From: Clostridia bacterium
GTDB taxonomy: Bacteria > Bacillota > Clostridia > Oscillospirales > Acutalibacteraceae
Assembly: GCA_017516745.1 (NCBI GenBank)
Contig: JAFXBF010000007.1
Span: 46,079-110,078, forward strand
Length of the DNA stretch: 64,000 nucleotides
Direction of reading: 5' to 3'
Part shown: in pieces, positions 52,588 to 61,957 of the stretch
Numbering within the stretch: the stretch's first letter is position 1
Layout: each line of letters starts with the position of its first letter
Program-made: the position numbers and the translations under genes
The notes under the pieces: generated by a model
Databases searched by the model: none
What the model saw: only the letters and a program-made list of their open reading frames with translations
What the model was told of the DNA's origin: nothing

Positions 52588-53904
52588 ATGATACAGCAAA
52601 ACATTGATTTTGTGCCGCTGCTGTCAATGACGCAGGAACACATCTCCTCCCGATATGCAGCGGCTTTGACCGACACAAACAAGCTCTCACAGTTAAGGTC
52701 ATATATCGAAAAGTTTGTCCGTGATTCCAATTATACTGTTGAAGGACTTACCTTTTCAGAACTTTGCGATAAGCTGTATTCCGAAATGGCGGAATACTCA
52801 ATCCTCACAAAGTATCTCGGCAAGGACAGAATTGAAGAAATCAACATAAACGCTTGGAACGATATTGCGATTACCTACACAAACGGTAAAACAGAAAAGG
52901 CAAAGGAACATTTCTATTCACCGAGCCACGCAGTAGATATTGTAAAGCGTTTGCTTCACCACTCGGGAATGATTATCGACAATTCCACACCTATGTCACA
53001 GGGACACTTACCCAACAACACCCGAATTACTGCTCTCAAAGAGCCTATTGTTGATGATGAAATCGGCGTAAGCGTTTCAATCAGACTTTTGCATCCTTCA
53101 AGAGTCAACAAGAAAGAGATTATCAAATCGGGCAATGCCACCGAGAAGATGATGGACTTCCTTTGTATGTGTTTGAGATACGGTGTATCCACCGTTGTAG
53201 CGGGTGCAACAAGTTCGGGCAAAACAACACTTCTTAATGCTCTTTTATCCACTATCCCCAACGGTAAGCGTGTGTTTACCATTGAAAGCGGTTCAAGAGA
53301 ATTAAGTCTTGTAAAAACAAGGGGCGGAAAGGTAGTGAACAACGTTGTTCACACCTTGTCCCGCCCTTCCGAAAATGAAACTTATGACATAACGCAGGAA
53401 GACCTTGTTGTTGCTTCACTCCGTTTTAACCCCGATATAGTATGTGTCGGCGAAATGCGAGATGTTGAATGTTATTCAGCAGTTGAAGCAAGTCTTACGG
53501 GACACACGGTTGTATCAACAGTTCACGCATTTGCGGCAGATTCCGCACATATGAGAATTGCCCTGCTTTGTCAGAAGCGTTTTCCCATTGATTTCAAGAC
53601 CTCTCTTATGCAGGCAGGTCAGGCATTCCCCATTGTCGTATATACTCATAAACTTGAAAACAATCAAAGAAAGATAATGGATATTTCCGAATGTGAGATA
53701 CTTCCCAACGGTGAAAGACTCTATCACACCTTGTTCAGATTTAATATCACAAAGAACGAGATAGTGAACGGCAGATATGTAACCGAGGGATATTTTGAAC
53801 AGCCGGAAATAATGTCAGACAACCTCAAAAGGAAACTTCTTCAGTTTGGCGTTCCGCAGGAGGAACTCAACAAATTCTTGAAGAAAGGGGTTGAATATGA
53901 ATGA
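52588..53904 (+). CDS. tadA: TadA/CpaF-type secretion ATPase
   Basis: Walker A GATSSGKTT, Walker B DIVCVGEMRD and His box GHTVVSTVHA. Confidence 0.92.
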   Translation: MIQQNIDFVPLLSMTQEHISSRYAAALTDTNKLSQLRSYIEKFVRDSNYTVEGLTFSELCDKLYSEMAEYSILTKYLGKDRIEEININAWNDIAITYTNGKTEKAKEHFYSPSHAVDIVKRLLHHSGMIIDNSTPMSQGHLPNNTRITALKEPIVDDEIGVSVSIRLLHPSRVNKKEIIKSGNATEKMMDFLCMCLRYGVSTVVAGATSSGKTTLLNALLSTIPNGKRVFTIESGSRELSLVKTRGGKVVNNVVHTLSRPSENETYDITQEDLVVASLRFNPDIVCVGEMRDVECYSAVEASLTGHTVVSTVHAFAADSAHMRIALLCQKRFPIDFKTSLMQAGQAFPIVVYTHKLENNQRKIMDISECEILPNGERLYHTLFRFNITKNEIVNGRYVTEGYFEQPEIMSDNLKRKLLQFGVPQEELNKFLKKGVEYE

Positions 53905-54824
53905 TTTTTCCGATGATAGCCTCTGTTTTTCTTATTATTGCTATTGTCTGTTTTCTTGGTTTAACTCCTACACAGATTTCAGATGACTTAATGAAAATAA
54001 CAACCCCAAAGAGTTCTCTGCGAGAAAAAGCGAGAGCTTTGAGGGCGGGCAAAAAGAAAAAGAGCCTGGGCAGTAGGCTCATTTATGTTCAGTCGGCACT
54101 TGAAGCAACGGGCAAATCGGGTAAGTTTGCCCTTGTCTGCTCTGCCTCACTTGTCCTTTTGGCGGCAGGTGCGGTTGTTGCTATCCTTATTGATAACGTA
54201 TTCCTTGTTCCCGTGTTAGCTGTTGCGTTTGCGATGATACCTTTTATATATGTAAGAAACACTCTGTCATATTACAACAAACATATACAGGACGAGTTGG
54301 AAACAACTCTTTCAATTATCACAACCTCATACAACAGAAACTCGGATATTGTTTCGGCGGTAAATGAAAATCTTGCATATATCAGACCTCCGCTGAAAGA
54401 ATGCTTTACCGCATTTGTGGGTGACGCTATGGCTGTTTCATCGAACACAAAACAGGCTTTGAGAAATCTTAAATCAAAGGTTGATAATGAGATATTCCAC
54501 GAATGGTGCGATACACTCATTCAGTGTCAAGATGACAGAGCACTCAAAGATACTCTGTTGCCCATAGTCACAAAACTCACCGATGTCAGAATAGTAAACA
54601 GCGAACTTAACACGATGATGTCAGCGGTAAGAACGGAATACTACACAATGGTAGGTCTTGTTGTGGGTAACATACCCCTGCTCTATGTTCTCAACAAAGA
54701 TTGGTTTCACACTCTTATGTACGAAACTGCGGGTAAAGTTGTACTCGGCGTATGCGGTGCGGTTATTCTCATAACCTATATCTTTATGCTCAAATACACA
54801 AAACCCGTAGAGTACAAACGGTAA
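53901..54824 (+). CDS. tadB: TadB-like platform protein (T2SS-F family)
   Basis: 307 aa with an N-terminal TM, a central cytoplasmic helical domain and C-terminal TMs. It is coupled to tadA by a 4-nt overlap. Confidence 0.78.
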   Translation: MIFPMIASVFLIIAIVCFLGLTPTQISDDLMKITTPKSSLREKARALRAGKKKKSLGSRLIYVQSALEATGKSGKFALVCSASLVLLAAGAVVAILIDNVFLVPVLAVAFAMIPFIYVRNTLSYYNKHIQDELETTLSIITTSYNRNSDIVSAVNENLAYIRPPLKECFTAFVGDAMAVSSNTKQALRNLKSKVDNEIFHEWCDTLIQCQDDRALKDTLLPIVTKLTDVRIVNSELNTMMSAVRTEYYTMVGLVVGNIPLLYVLNKDWFHTLMYETAGKVVLGVCGAVILITYIFMLKYTKPVEYKR

Positions 54825-54837
54825 AGGAGGCGGTTAA

Positions 54838-55707
54838 ATGGTTGGAGTTATAACAGGAGTGTTCTGCGGTATTGCCGCATATTTCATCTTGGCAGATATT
54901 TACCGCATACCGTATATGCGAACTTCAAAGGCTGTCAACAACCTTGCAAAACAGCAGAAAGAAAAGACAAGCAGCCTTGATGTATGGCTTTCAAACATAG
55001 CCTCATTTATCGCAAAGAAAATACACCTTAACGAGTTCAAGCGTATGCAGCTTGAATCGGATTTGAGAACAGCACAGATGAACATTTCCCCCGAAATGTT
55101 TATGGCTAATGCTATTGTTAAATCCCTTATTGTCGGTATCTTCGCAATACCGATGCTTTTCATATTCCCCATTCTCTCTCCCGTAATTCTTTTTCTTGCG
55201 TTCATTCTTTACCGAATGAATATGAAAGGAATTGCAAACCGAATTAAAGCAAAAAGAGCCAAAATCGAATATGAGTTTCCCCGCCTTGTATTCAAGATTG
55301 AAAAGAGTATATCTCACAACAAGGATGTACTTGGTATGCTTAAATCATTTGCACCTCACGCTTGTCCCGAACTCAAACACGAGCTTGATATTACAGTAGC
55401 GGATATGCGTTCCGGTAATCTTGAAGTAGCCATAACAAGACTTGAATCAAGAGTAGGCTCACCGCTTATGAGTGATGTATGCCGAGGACTTATTGCCCTT
55501 GTCAGAGGTGACGACAACACGGTTTATTGGTCATCTCTCTCAATGAAGTTTGCGGATATTCAAAGACAGCAGTTAAGGCTTGAAGCACAGAAGATACCCA
55601 AAAAGACAAAGAAACTCTCAATGAGTTTGCTTGTCTGCTTTATGCTTATGTATGTTGTTGTCATCATCTCACAGATTATCAGTTCTGTCGGCGTTCTTTT
55701 CGGATAA
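54838..55707 (+). CDS. tadC: TadC-like platform protein (T2SS-F family)
   Basis: 289 aa with the same topology as TadB. Confidence 0.78.
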   Translation: MVGVITGVFCGIAAYFILADIYRIPYMRTSKAVNNLAKQQKEKTSSLDVWLSNIASFIAKKIHLNEFKRMQLESDLRTAQMNISPEMFMANAIVKSLIVGIFAIPMLFIFPILSPVILFLAFILYRMNMKGIANRIKAKRAKIEYEFPRLVFKIEKSISHNKDVLGMLKSFAPHACPELKHELDITVADMRSGNLEVAITRLESRVGSPLMSDVCRGLIALVRGDDNTVYWSSLSMKFADIQRQQLRLEAQKIPKKTKKLSMSLLVCFMLMYVVVIISQIISSVGVLFG

Positions 55708-55722
55708 CGGAGGTGAAAGGAT

Positions 55723-56133
55723 ATGAAGAAACTTATTACTTCCCGAAAGGGCGAAGGCTATATTGATGTGGCTATCGGCTTGGTTGCACTTATGATGGTG
55801 CTTGTAGTAACCCTTAACATCTATTCCTTTTTAACACTCAAGCAGGATATGGACGAGATCAGCGGACAGCTTATTGAAACTGCCGCATTTACAGGCTCAT
55901 TCGGTGATGAGTTTGAGGAACGGTGTGAGGAACTTAAAGACACTTTCTTTGATTTTGATGTAACCACTTCTGCAACAGAATACTATAACGAAACATACCA
56001 GCGTGTGCAGCTTGGAGATACGATGACTCTGACAATCTCTGTTCATACCTATGTGCAGGGCGTCGGTGCCTTTAAAATACCCATTACAGTACAAAGTACA
56101 AGGTCGGGTATTTCGGAAAAGTATTGGAAGTAG
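55723..56133 (+). CDS. Pseudopilin-like protein (DUF4320/TadE-like)
   Basis: The N-terminus MKKLITSRKGEGYIDVAIGLVALMMVLVV has a Gly followed by a (E)GY motif and a hydrophobic helix, like the pilins. Confidence 0.5.
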   Translation: MKKLITSRKGEGYIDVAIGLVALMMVLVVTLNIYSFLTLKQDMDEISGQLIETAAFTGSFGDEFEERCEELKDTFFDFDVTTSATEYYNETYQRVQLGDTMTLTISVHTYVQGVGAFKIPITVQSTRSGISEKYWK

Positions 56134-56143
56134 GTGACGGAAA

Positions 56144-56623
56144 ATGAAGATATTGAAAGACACCAAAGGCGAAGGCTATGTATCAATATGTGTACTAATC
56201 ATCGTAATTGTCGCTATCTTCTCAAGCATTTTCACTTATGCATCCGCAATCTCGGTTATCAATGTCACACGGGAAAACAGCAAGGTTGTTTTAGATAATT
56301 TCGTCACCACAAACTCCACTCTTATATTCAACAGCATAAAGCAAGGTAACGACTACACCGAAACACTTGATTTCCCCGAATACACAGAAAAGCTCTGTGA
56401 ATTTTGCACATTGGATTTATCTGCCGATACGCTGTATAGTTATGACACAGACGGCAATCTGCAATATTCAATGACACTTCCTCAAATGAGTTTTCAAAAG
56501 GATAATCAGCTTGAAATATGTGTCAGATATACCGTTTCTGTGCCGATACAGTTTGCAGGGAAAACGGTTACGACTGCAAATGTACCGATAGAAATTGTAT
56601 CAATATTAACCGAAAAATTTTAA
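56144..56623 (+). CDS. Pseudopilin-like protein, second
   Basis: N-terminus MKILKDTKGEGYVSICVLIIVIVAIF. Confidence 0.5.
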   Translation: MKILKDTKGEGYVSICVLIIVIVAIFSSIFTYASAISVINVTRENSKVVLDNFVTTNSTLIFNSIKQGNDYTETLDFPEYTEKLCEFCTLDLSADTLYSYDTDGNLQYSMTLPQMSFQKDNQLEICVRYTVSVPIQFAGKTVTTANVPIEIVSILTEKF

Positions 56624-56644
56624 TTGTTTAGGAGGCAAAAGAAA

Positions 56645-57349
56645 ATGAAAGACAATTCAAACTCAAAACAGAACAACAAAACTATCTTTATCCTTGTTGC
56701 GGTGCTGCTGATAATTCTTGCACTTATCTTTGCACTTTTCGGCAAGTCCTGCGGAAAGGATACAGACACCGAAACGACTACCTCAACCACACAGCACGTC
56801 ACCGATAACGATAATCTCAATCTTGAGGACATCACCATCGGAACAAATCTGTATGTTGAGGAATCGAAGAAGGTTGACGAGAATATGATAACTCTCGCTG
56901 CACCTGAAAAAATGACAAAGCCTGATAATCACGGCTCAGTCGAAAAAACAACGAATAAGCAGGCGGAAGCAGTAAAACCGAATGACGGTCCCGGTATTGT
57001 AATCGTCGGCGATGACGATGCAAATGCCTATAACTGCGGTGTCAAGAAACATAACTGTGACAGCAAGGAAACTCACGATTTCATCGTAAGCCTTGAAAAG
57101 AAAGGCTGTTCAATCTGCGGCTCTCACACCTGTAAGAGCTTCTATGCGGTTGATGAATGGGGTAACTCCTGCTACGATATTACCAAGTGTCCCAAATACA
57201 CAATAAAGAATGACCCCACCGTTTATTGCAGTACCTGCGGTAAGAAAATCGGTGACGGCTCAAACGGAACTTGCGTAAGATATGTTGAAGATACTGTTTG
57301 CGAGATTTGTCACGGTGCGGTTAAGGGTAAAACCTGCCACTCGCACTAA
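56645..57349 (+). CDS. Membrane-anchored Cys-rich protein (multiple CxxC motifs)
   Basis: I chose the start at ATG 56645, 8 nt after AGGAGG. It has one TM helix and a C-terminal ~110 aa containing 13 Cys, including CSICGSHTC, CSTCGKK and CEICHG. Confidence 0.6.
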   Translation: MKDNSNSKQNNKTIFILVAVLLIILALIFALFGKSCGKDTDTETTTSTTQHVTDNDNLNLEDITIGTNLYVEESKKVDENMITLAAPEKMTKPDNHGSVEKTTNKQAEAVKPNDGPGIVIVGDDDANAYNCGVKKHNCDSKETHDFIVSLEKKGCSICGSHTCKSFYAVDEWGNSCYDITKCPKYTIKNDPTVYCSTCGKKIGDGSNGTCVRYVEDTVCEICHGAVKGKTCHSH

Positions 57350-57362
57350 ACCAAAAGAGATG

Positions 57363-57400
57363 ATGACCTGATGTAATGTCAGGTCATTTTTTTGTTTTTT
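57363..57400 (+). terminator. Intrinsic terminator between the Cys-rich gene and the adhesin gene
   Basis: 9-bp stem ATGACCTGA / TCAGGTCAT followed by TTTTTTTGTTTTTT. Confidence 0.7.
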
Positions 57401-57409
57401 AAGAAGGAG

Positions 57410-60400
57410 ATGATTAGTATTAAACGAGTAATATCTATTATCTTGGTTGTGTGTTCTCTGATTTGTATGATACCCACAAATGCCTTTGCTTTGTCTTGGG
57501 ACGGCAGTTCTGCAGGCGGCACGGGCGGTACTTCATCGGCATCACCTAACGGATACGCAATCAGAACAACAAGCGATAACTGTATAGGTTATCGTTTCAG
57601 TGCTGTAACATCATCGGGTTCGATGAAGGTCAGCAAGGTTATTGACGTGTTCCGAAACACAAGTTACGGTAATCTCGGATACACGGACGGATATAAGTTC
57701 AGCACAAAGAACAACAAAAAGCAGCTCATATCCAAACAGAATAATGGCTTTACAACAGCAAGAAGCACCACGAATTGCTACAAGGAAAGCTCACAAGGCT
57801 TTTCAACAACCCTGCCTGCACCTTCGGGAATGGAAACTTGGCAGAACAACGAAAACAACATCAATAAAGTTCTTTCTCTGCTCGGTGTCGGCAGTGTAGC
57901 AAATATGTCAAAGGGCGATATGGTTATTGTTGAGCCGATTTACGATATAAGGCTTGAGAGTGTTTATCACTCCATCACCGTAACTGAAACAGCTTTATAC
58001 GGCAAATATATCCTCGGTGCATCAAGTAACGGTGGTACAAGTAACACCTCTGCTACTTGGGGATTTATCGCTTCATACACAAACAGAGTTTATCCCAATG
58101 CACTTTATACACCTGACGGACAAGGTCTTTGGACTTCCGCTTCTTCCATAGGCAGCAGCAATAAAGAAACCTTCTATAACATCATAAATAAAGGTTACGG
58201 TGTCGGTATCGCATACCAAGAAACAAGCGGCAGTTCTTCATCATCAGGCTCATCAAGTTCAACGAGTTCGACCTATACCATTAAATTTAACGGTAACGGT
58301 AATACAAGCGGCTCTATGTCAAATCAGACTGTTACTGTCGGCAGTTCGACCCGATTAAATTCAAACAACTTTAAAAAGACGGGTTATGAGTTTGTCGGAT
58401 GGAACACGAAGTCCGGCGGTACGGGAACGAGCTATGATAACCGTGAGTATGTAAAGAATCTGACCTCGGCAGGTGGTACAATAACGCTTTATGCACAATG
58501 GCGTCCTGCCGTACTTGAAGTTTATTACGATGCTAATGACGGCTCTTTGAGTAACTCAAGCTACAGGTTGCTTTTGGATACGATTTACACCGCTTCACCT
58601 TATTCAAAGTTCACGGATAAATGGACTTATAATAACACCAAGTCGGGCGGTCTTTGTAATGCTTCAACCTTCGGTCTTTATCGCACAGGATATACCTTTA
58701 CCAAATGGGGTAAATATTCTTGGGGCGGAACTCTGTTCGACCAAGACGATTCCTCGCTGAAGCCTACGGATTTGAAATCGGGTATTACAAGCGGTGACAC
58801 ATCACTCACACTATATGCTCAATGGGAGCCAAATACCTATACTATCAAATTCAACGGCAACGGCAGTACAAGCGGCTCTACCGCTTCAATGTCAATGACA
58901 TACGATGTTGCTAAAAACCTCACGGCCAACGGATTTACAAAATCCGGTTATGCCTTTGCAGGTTGGAATACTAAAGCCAACGGCACGGGTACAAGTTATG
59001 TTAACAGAGAATCGGTTAAAAATCTGACCTCTACAAACGGCGGTACTGTTACTCTCTATGCTCAATGGACGGTCAGCAACTATTCTATTGCCTTTAACGG
59101 CAACGGACACACAGGCGGCTCTACCGCTTCAATGTCGGTGAATTTCAACGCCTCGGTAACTCTCCGTGCAAACGGATTTGTCAAGACGGGACACACGTTT
59201 AAGAATTGGAACACCAATTCAAACGGCACGGGAACATCTTACTCAGATAAACAGACGGTAACAAATCTTTCCTCTACTGCAGGCGGTACGGTTTATCTCT
59301 ATGCACAGTGGAATCCGAACTCATATACCATACAGTTTAACGGTAACGGAAACACGGGCGGCTCTACCGCTTCAATGTCTATGAGATACGGAACACCGAA
59401 AAACCTCACTGCAAACGGCTTTACAAAAACGGGATATGTGTTCAACGGTTGGAGTACCAATGCAGACGGCACAGGTACAATCTATTCCGACAAACAGCAG
59501 GTAAACAATCTGACCTCTACCAACGGCGGAACTGTTACCCTTTATGCAAAGTGGAAACCCGCAACTTACACGGTGCAGTTCAACGGCAACGGTAATACAG
59601 GCGGCTCAACTGCTTCAATGACTATGACCTATAATGTTGAAAAAGCACTTACCGCAAACGGATTTACCAAGAGTGAGTATAAGTTTACGGGTTGGAACAC
59701 CAAAGCTGACGGTACGGGAACTGCATACACAGACAAACAGAAGGTCAAAAATCTTTCATCTGTCAACGGCTCAATCGTTACTCTCTATGCTCAATGGATT
59801 TATGACCCCGTTCTTGATGTTAAGGAATGTGATGCTTACAGCGGAACAAAGAGCGATAAGACAAAACTGTTCGGCATAAGCACAGGTGCAACCTTTGATG
59901 AATACGAATATAAAAACGGTTATGCCACCATCGGTGACACTGTATGGTTTAATGTGTATTTCCCCTATGAAACACAGAACATAAGGGTAAGGCAGTATGT
60001 CAAGAACGGCGGAGATTGGATTACAAGAGAAGTAAACCTCAATCCAGATTATCCCGAAACACTTTGGTTCCCTGTTCAGTTCACGGATAAATACAAAACC
60101 GTAACCGCAGATATTGAGGCTTACGAAGTACAAGCCAAAATGGATTGGATTGATGCTGAAGGTAATGTTCTTAAAAGCGGTACAGTTGAAACCTTCTATA
60201 TCCCCATAAAGCCTGTTCTTCACAGAAACGAGGTAAAAATCCGAGGATATGAGGGCGGATATATTGCGTATAACGGCAAGAACGGTCTTTACGGTAAAGT
60301 ATATCACGGTCAGCATATCAAAATCGAATATAAATACCGAACAGACAGCACTTGGAAACCCCGTACTTGTATGAGAGGTTCTTTATATTACTATAACGGC

Positions 60401-61903
60401 TCTGAATGGGTTAATGCCTATACCGAAAACAGCGGCTATGATGCAAGTAAAAATAACTATGGCATACTCAGCACTTCTGACACAGGTATAAGCAGTATTC
60501 TCAATCCATATACCGTACCTAAAGTTACAAACAGCACCCTAAGATTCAAACTTGAAACTTGGTGGGCAAAAGATGAGGAACATACTCACGAAACCACTTG
60601 GATTGAAATTCCCGTTGTTCCCTGCGACCTTGAATTGGAAGAAATAGAGTTCAAAAGACAGAACTCTGCTACAACTCTTGACCCCTATGACCTTGTTGCA
60701 GGTGAAAAAGTATCGGTTTATTACTTCTACAGGAATCATACCGACACAAAGATATATTTCAACGGTTTCCGTAATGACAAATCACAGATTGATACTGTGT
60801 ACGGAATTCCTGCAAATTCAAGAGCATATCTGCGAGGTTACGATTTTGTAGTACCGAATATTCGAACATTCGATTTTTGGGGCGGTATCTATCTTGAAGG
60901 TATGGGTATATACAACACGCAGTATGAAACTGACGGTACAAACAATGAGTTGACGTTGAAATGTAAGGTGCGTCATCCGCTGACACTTACACCCATAGCT
61001 CAAAATGCGGACTACCGTGAGAACACCGAGGTAATTACGAGCTTTTGGCTCAACAACACTTACACAGATGATTACACACCGAGCAACAACATATCTATTC
61101 TGTTTAAGGTATATAACGGCTCAAAACAGATAGCCACATATACCAAAACACAGGCTGTTGTTCCCGGTCTTGAAAACAATCTTGTGTATTTCAAGTGGAA
61201 AGTTCCTACAGGTCTGAACGGTGCAAAGGTAAAGATTACGGGTGAAATAATCGAGGACGGTGTATCATACAATCTTTCATCCGCAAACTACACTACAACA
61301 CCCACAACCGTATCTGAAACAAACGATACACAGTTTGAAAAGACCAAACCTGCAGGTTTCTCAATCCCTCTAACAAAGGAAGGCAAGATCCAAGCTGCTT
61401 CTTGGTGGGAATGGACTTATTCATCGGGGGCATTTAAAAAGGTAAGTTATGCCGTTGGTATTGCGGACAGTTCCGCAACACTCACACCCGCAACAGGCTC
61501 AACCGCTGTTAAAAACGGCATTTCTAGGACTATGAAATCGGGCTACGGTTTATCCTTGGCACTTATGAATAATAATAAACCTGTTTCGGGTTACACTATG
61601 CCGTCATCGGCGGCATACACTAAACCGCAGTTTGCCTATGCTCTTATGCCTGAGTTTGATTACTCAACCAAGAATGGTGAATACAGAACGCTTGACTTGG
61701 TATCTAACCAATGGAGATTCAGACCTAACGGAACATATGGCAGAATTCATTTCACACCAATTTGGTATCCCAACGGAAAATATATAATGAGTATTACTCA
61801 GAGCGACTGTTGGACACCTGCGGGTATGATTACAAAAACGATAAACACAAACACAATAAACATTTCCGAATCAGCCTACGATGATTGGTATGTCGGAAGA
61901 TAA
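57410..61903 (+). CDS. Large secreted repeat protein / putative adhesin with Listeria-Bacteroides (Flg_new) repeats
   Basis: It has a signal peptide (..VISIILVVCSLICMIPTNAFA), a poly-Ser linker, six repeats of about 80 aa (YTI.FNGNG.TGGSTASM......L.ANGF.K.GY.F.GWNT...GTGT.Y.....V.NL....G..V.LYAQW) and a ~700-aa C-terminal region. There is no LPXTG motif. The start is uncertain (ATG 57410 abuts the SD; TTG 57392 is an alternative). Confidence 0.85.
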   Translation: MISIKRVISIILVVCSLICMIPTNAFALSWDGSSAGGTGGTSSASPNGYAIRTTSDNCIGYRFSAVTSSGSMKVSKVIDVFRNTSYGNLGYTDGYKFSTKNNKKQLISKQNNGFTTARSTTNCYKESSQGFSTTLPAPSGMETWQNNENNINKVLSLLGVGSVANMSKGDMVIVEPIYDIRLESVYHSITVTETALYGKYILGASSNGGTSNTSATWGFIASYTNRVYPNALYTPDGQGLWTSASSIGSSNKETFYNIINKGYGVGIAYQETSGSSSSSGSSSSTSSTYTIKFNGNGNTSGSMSNQTVTVGSSTRLNSNNFKKTGYEFVGWNTKSGGTGTSYDNREYVKNLTSAGGTITLYAQWRPAVLEVYYDANDGSLSNSSYRLLLDTIYTASPYSKFTDKWTYNNTKSGGLCNASTFGLYRTGYTFTKWGKYSWGGTLFDQDDSSLKPTDLKSGITSGDTSLTLYAQWEPNTYTIKFNGNGSTSGSTASMSMTYDVAKNLTANGFTKSGYAFAGWNTKANGTGTSYVNRESVKNLTSTNGGTVTLYAQWTVSNYSIAFNGNGHTGGSTASMSVNFNASVTLRANGFVKTGHTFKNWNTNSNGTGTSYSDKQTVTNLSSTAGGTVYLYAQWNPNSYTIQFNGNGNTGGSTASMSMRYGTPKNLTANGFTKTGYVFNGWSTNADGTGTIYSDKQQVNNLTSTNGGTVTLYAKWKPATYTVQFNGNGNTGGSTASMTMTYNVEKALTANGFTKSEYKFTGWNTKADGTGTAYTDKQKVKNLSSVNGSIVTLYAQWIYDPVLDVKECDAYSGTKSDKTKLFGISTGATFDEYEYKNGYATIGDTVWFNVYFPYETQNIRVRQYVKNGGDWITREVNLNPDYPETLWFPVQFTDKYKTVTADIEAYEVQAKMDWIDAEGNVLKSGTVETFYIPIKPVLHRNEVKIRGYEGGYIAYNGKNGLYGKVYHGQHIKIEYKYRTDSTWKPRTCMRGSLYYYNGSEWVNAYTENSGYDASKNNYGILSTSDTGISSILNPYTVPKVTNSTLRFKLETWWAKDEEHTHETTWIEIPVVPCDLELEEIEFKRQNSATTLDPYDLVAGEKVSVYYFYRNHTDTKIYFNGFRNDKSQIDTVYGIPANSRAYLRGYDFVVPNIRTFDFWGGIYLEGMGIYNTQYETDGTNNELTLKCKVRHPLTLTPIAQNADYRENTEVITSFWLNNTYTDDYTPSNNISILFKVYNGSKQIATYTKTQAVVPGLENNLVYFKWKVPTGLNGAKVKITGEIIEDGVSYNLSSANYTTTPTTVSETNDTQFEKTKPAGFSIPLTKEGKIQAASWWEWTYSSGAFKKVSYAVGIADSSATLTPATGSTAVKNGISRTMKSGYGLSLALMNNNKPVSGYTMPSSAAYTKPQFAYALMPEFDYSTKNGEYRTLDLVSNQWRFRPNGTYGRIHFTPIWYPNGKYIMSITQSDCWTPAGMITKTINTNTINISESAYDDWYVGR
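58271..59795 (+). repeat. Tandem coding repeats (six Flg_new-type units; the second is degenerate and longer)
   Basis: LYAQW/LYAKW recurs at unit ends and FNGNG at unit starts. Confidence 0.8.
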
Positions 61904-61909
61904 ACACTA

Positions 61910-61940
61910 AAGGGCAGTCAAAAGGCTGCCCTTAACTTTT
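61910..61940 (+). terminator. Terminator after the adhesin gene
   Basis: Stem AGGGCAG / CTGCCCT followed by TAACTTTTT. Confidence 0.65.
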
Positions 61941-61957
61941 TGGAGGTAAATATATAA

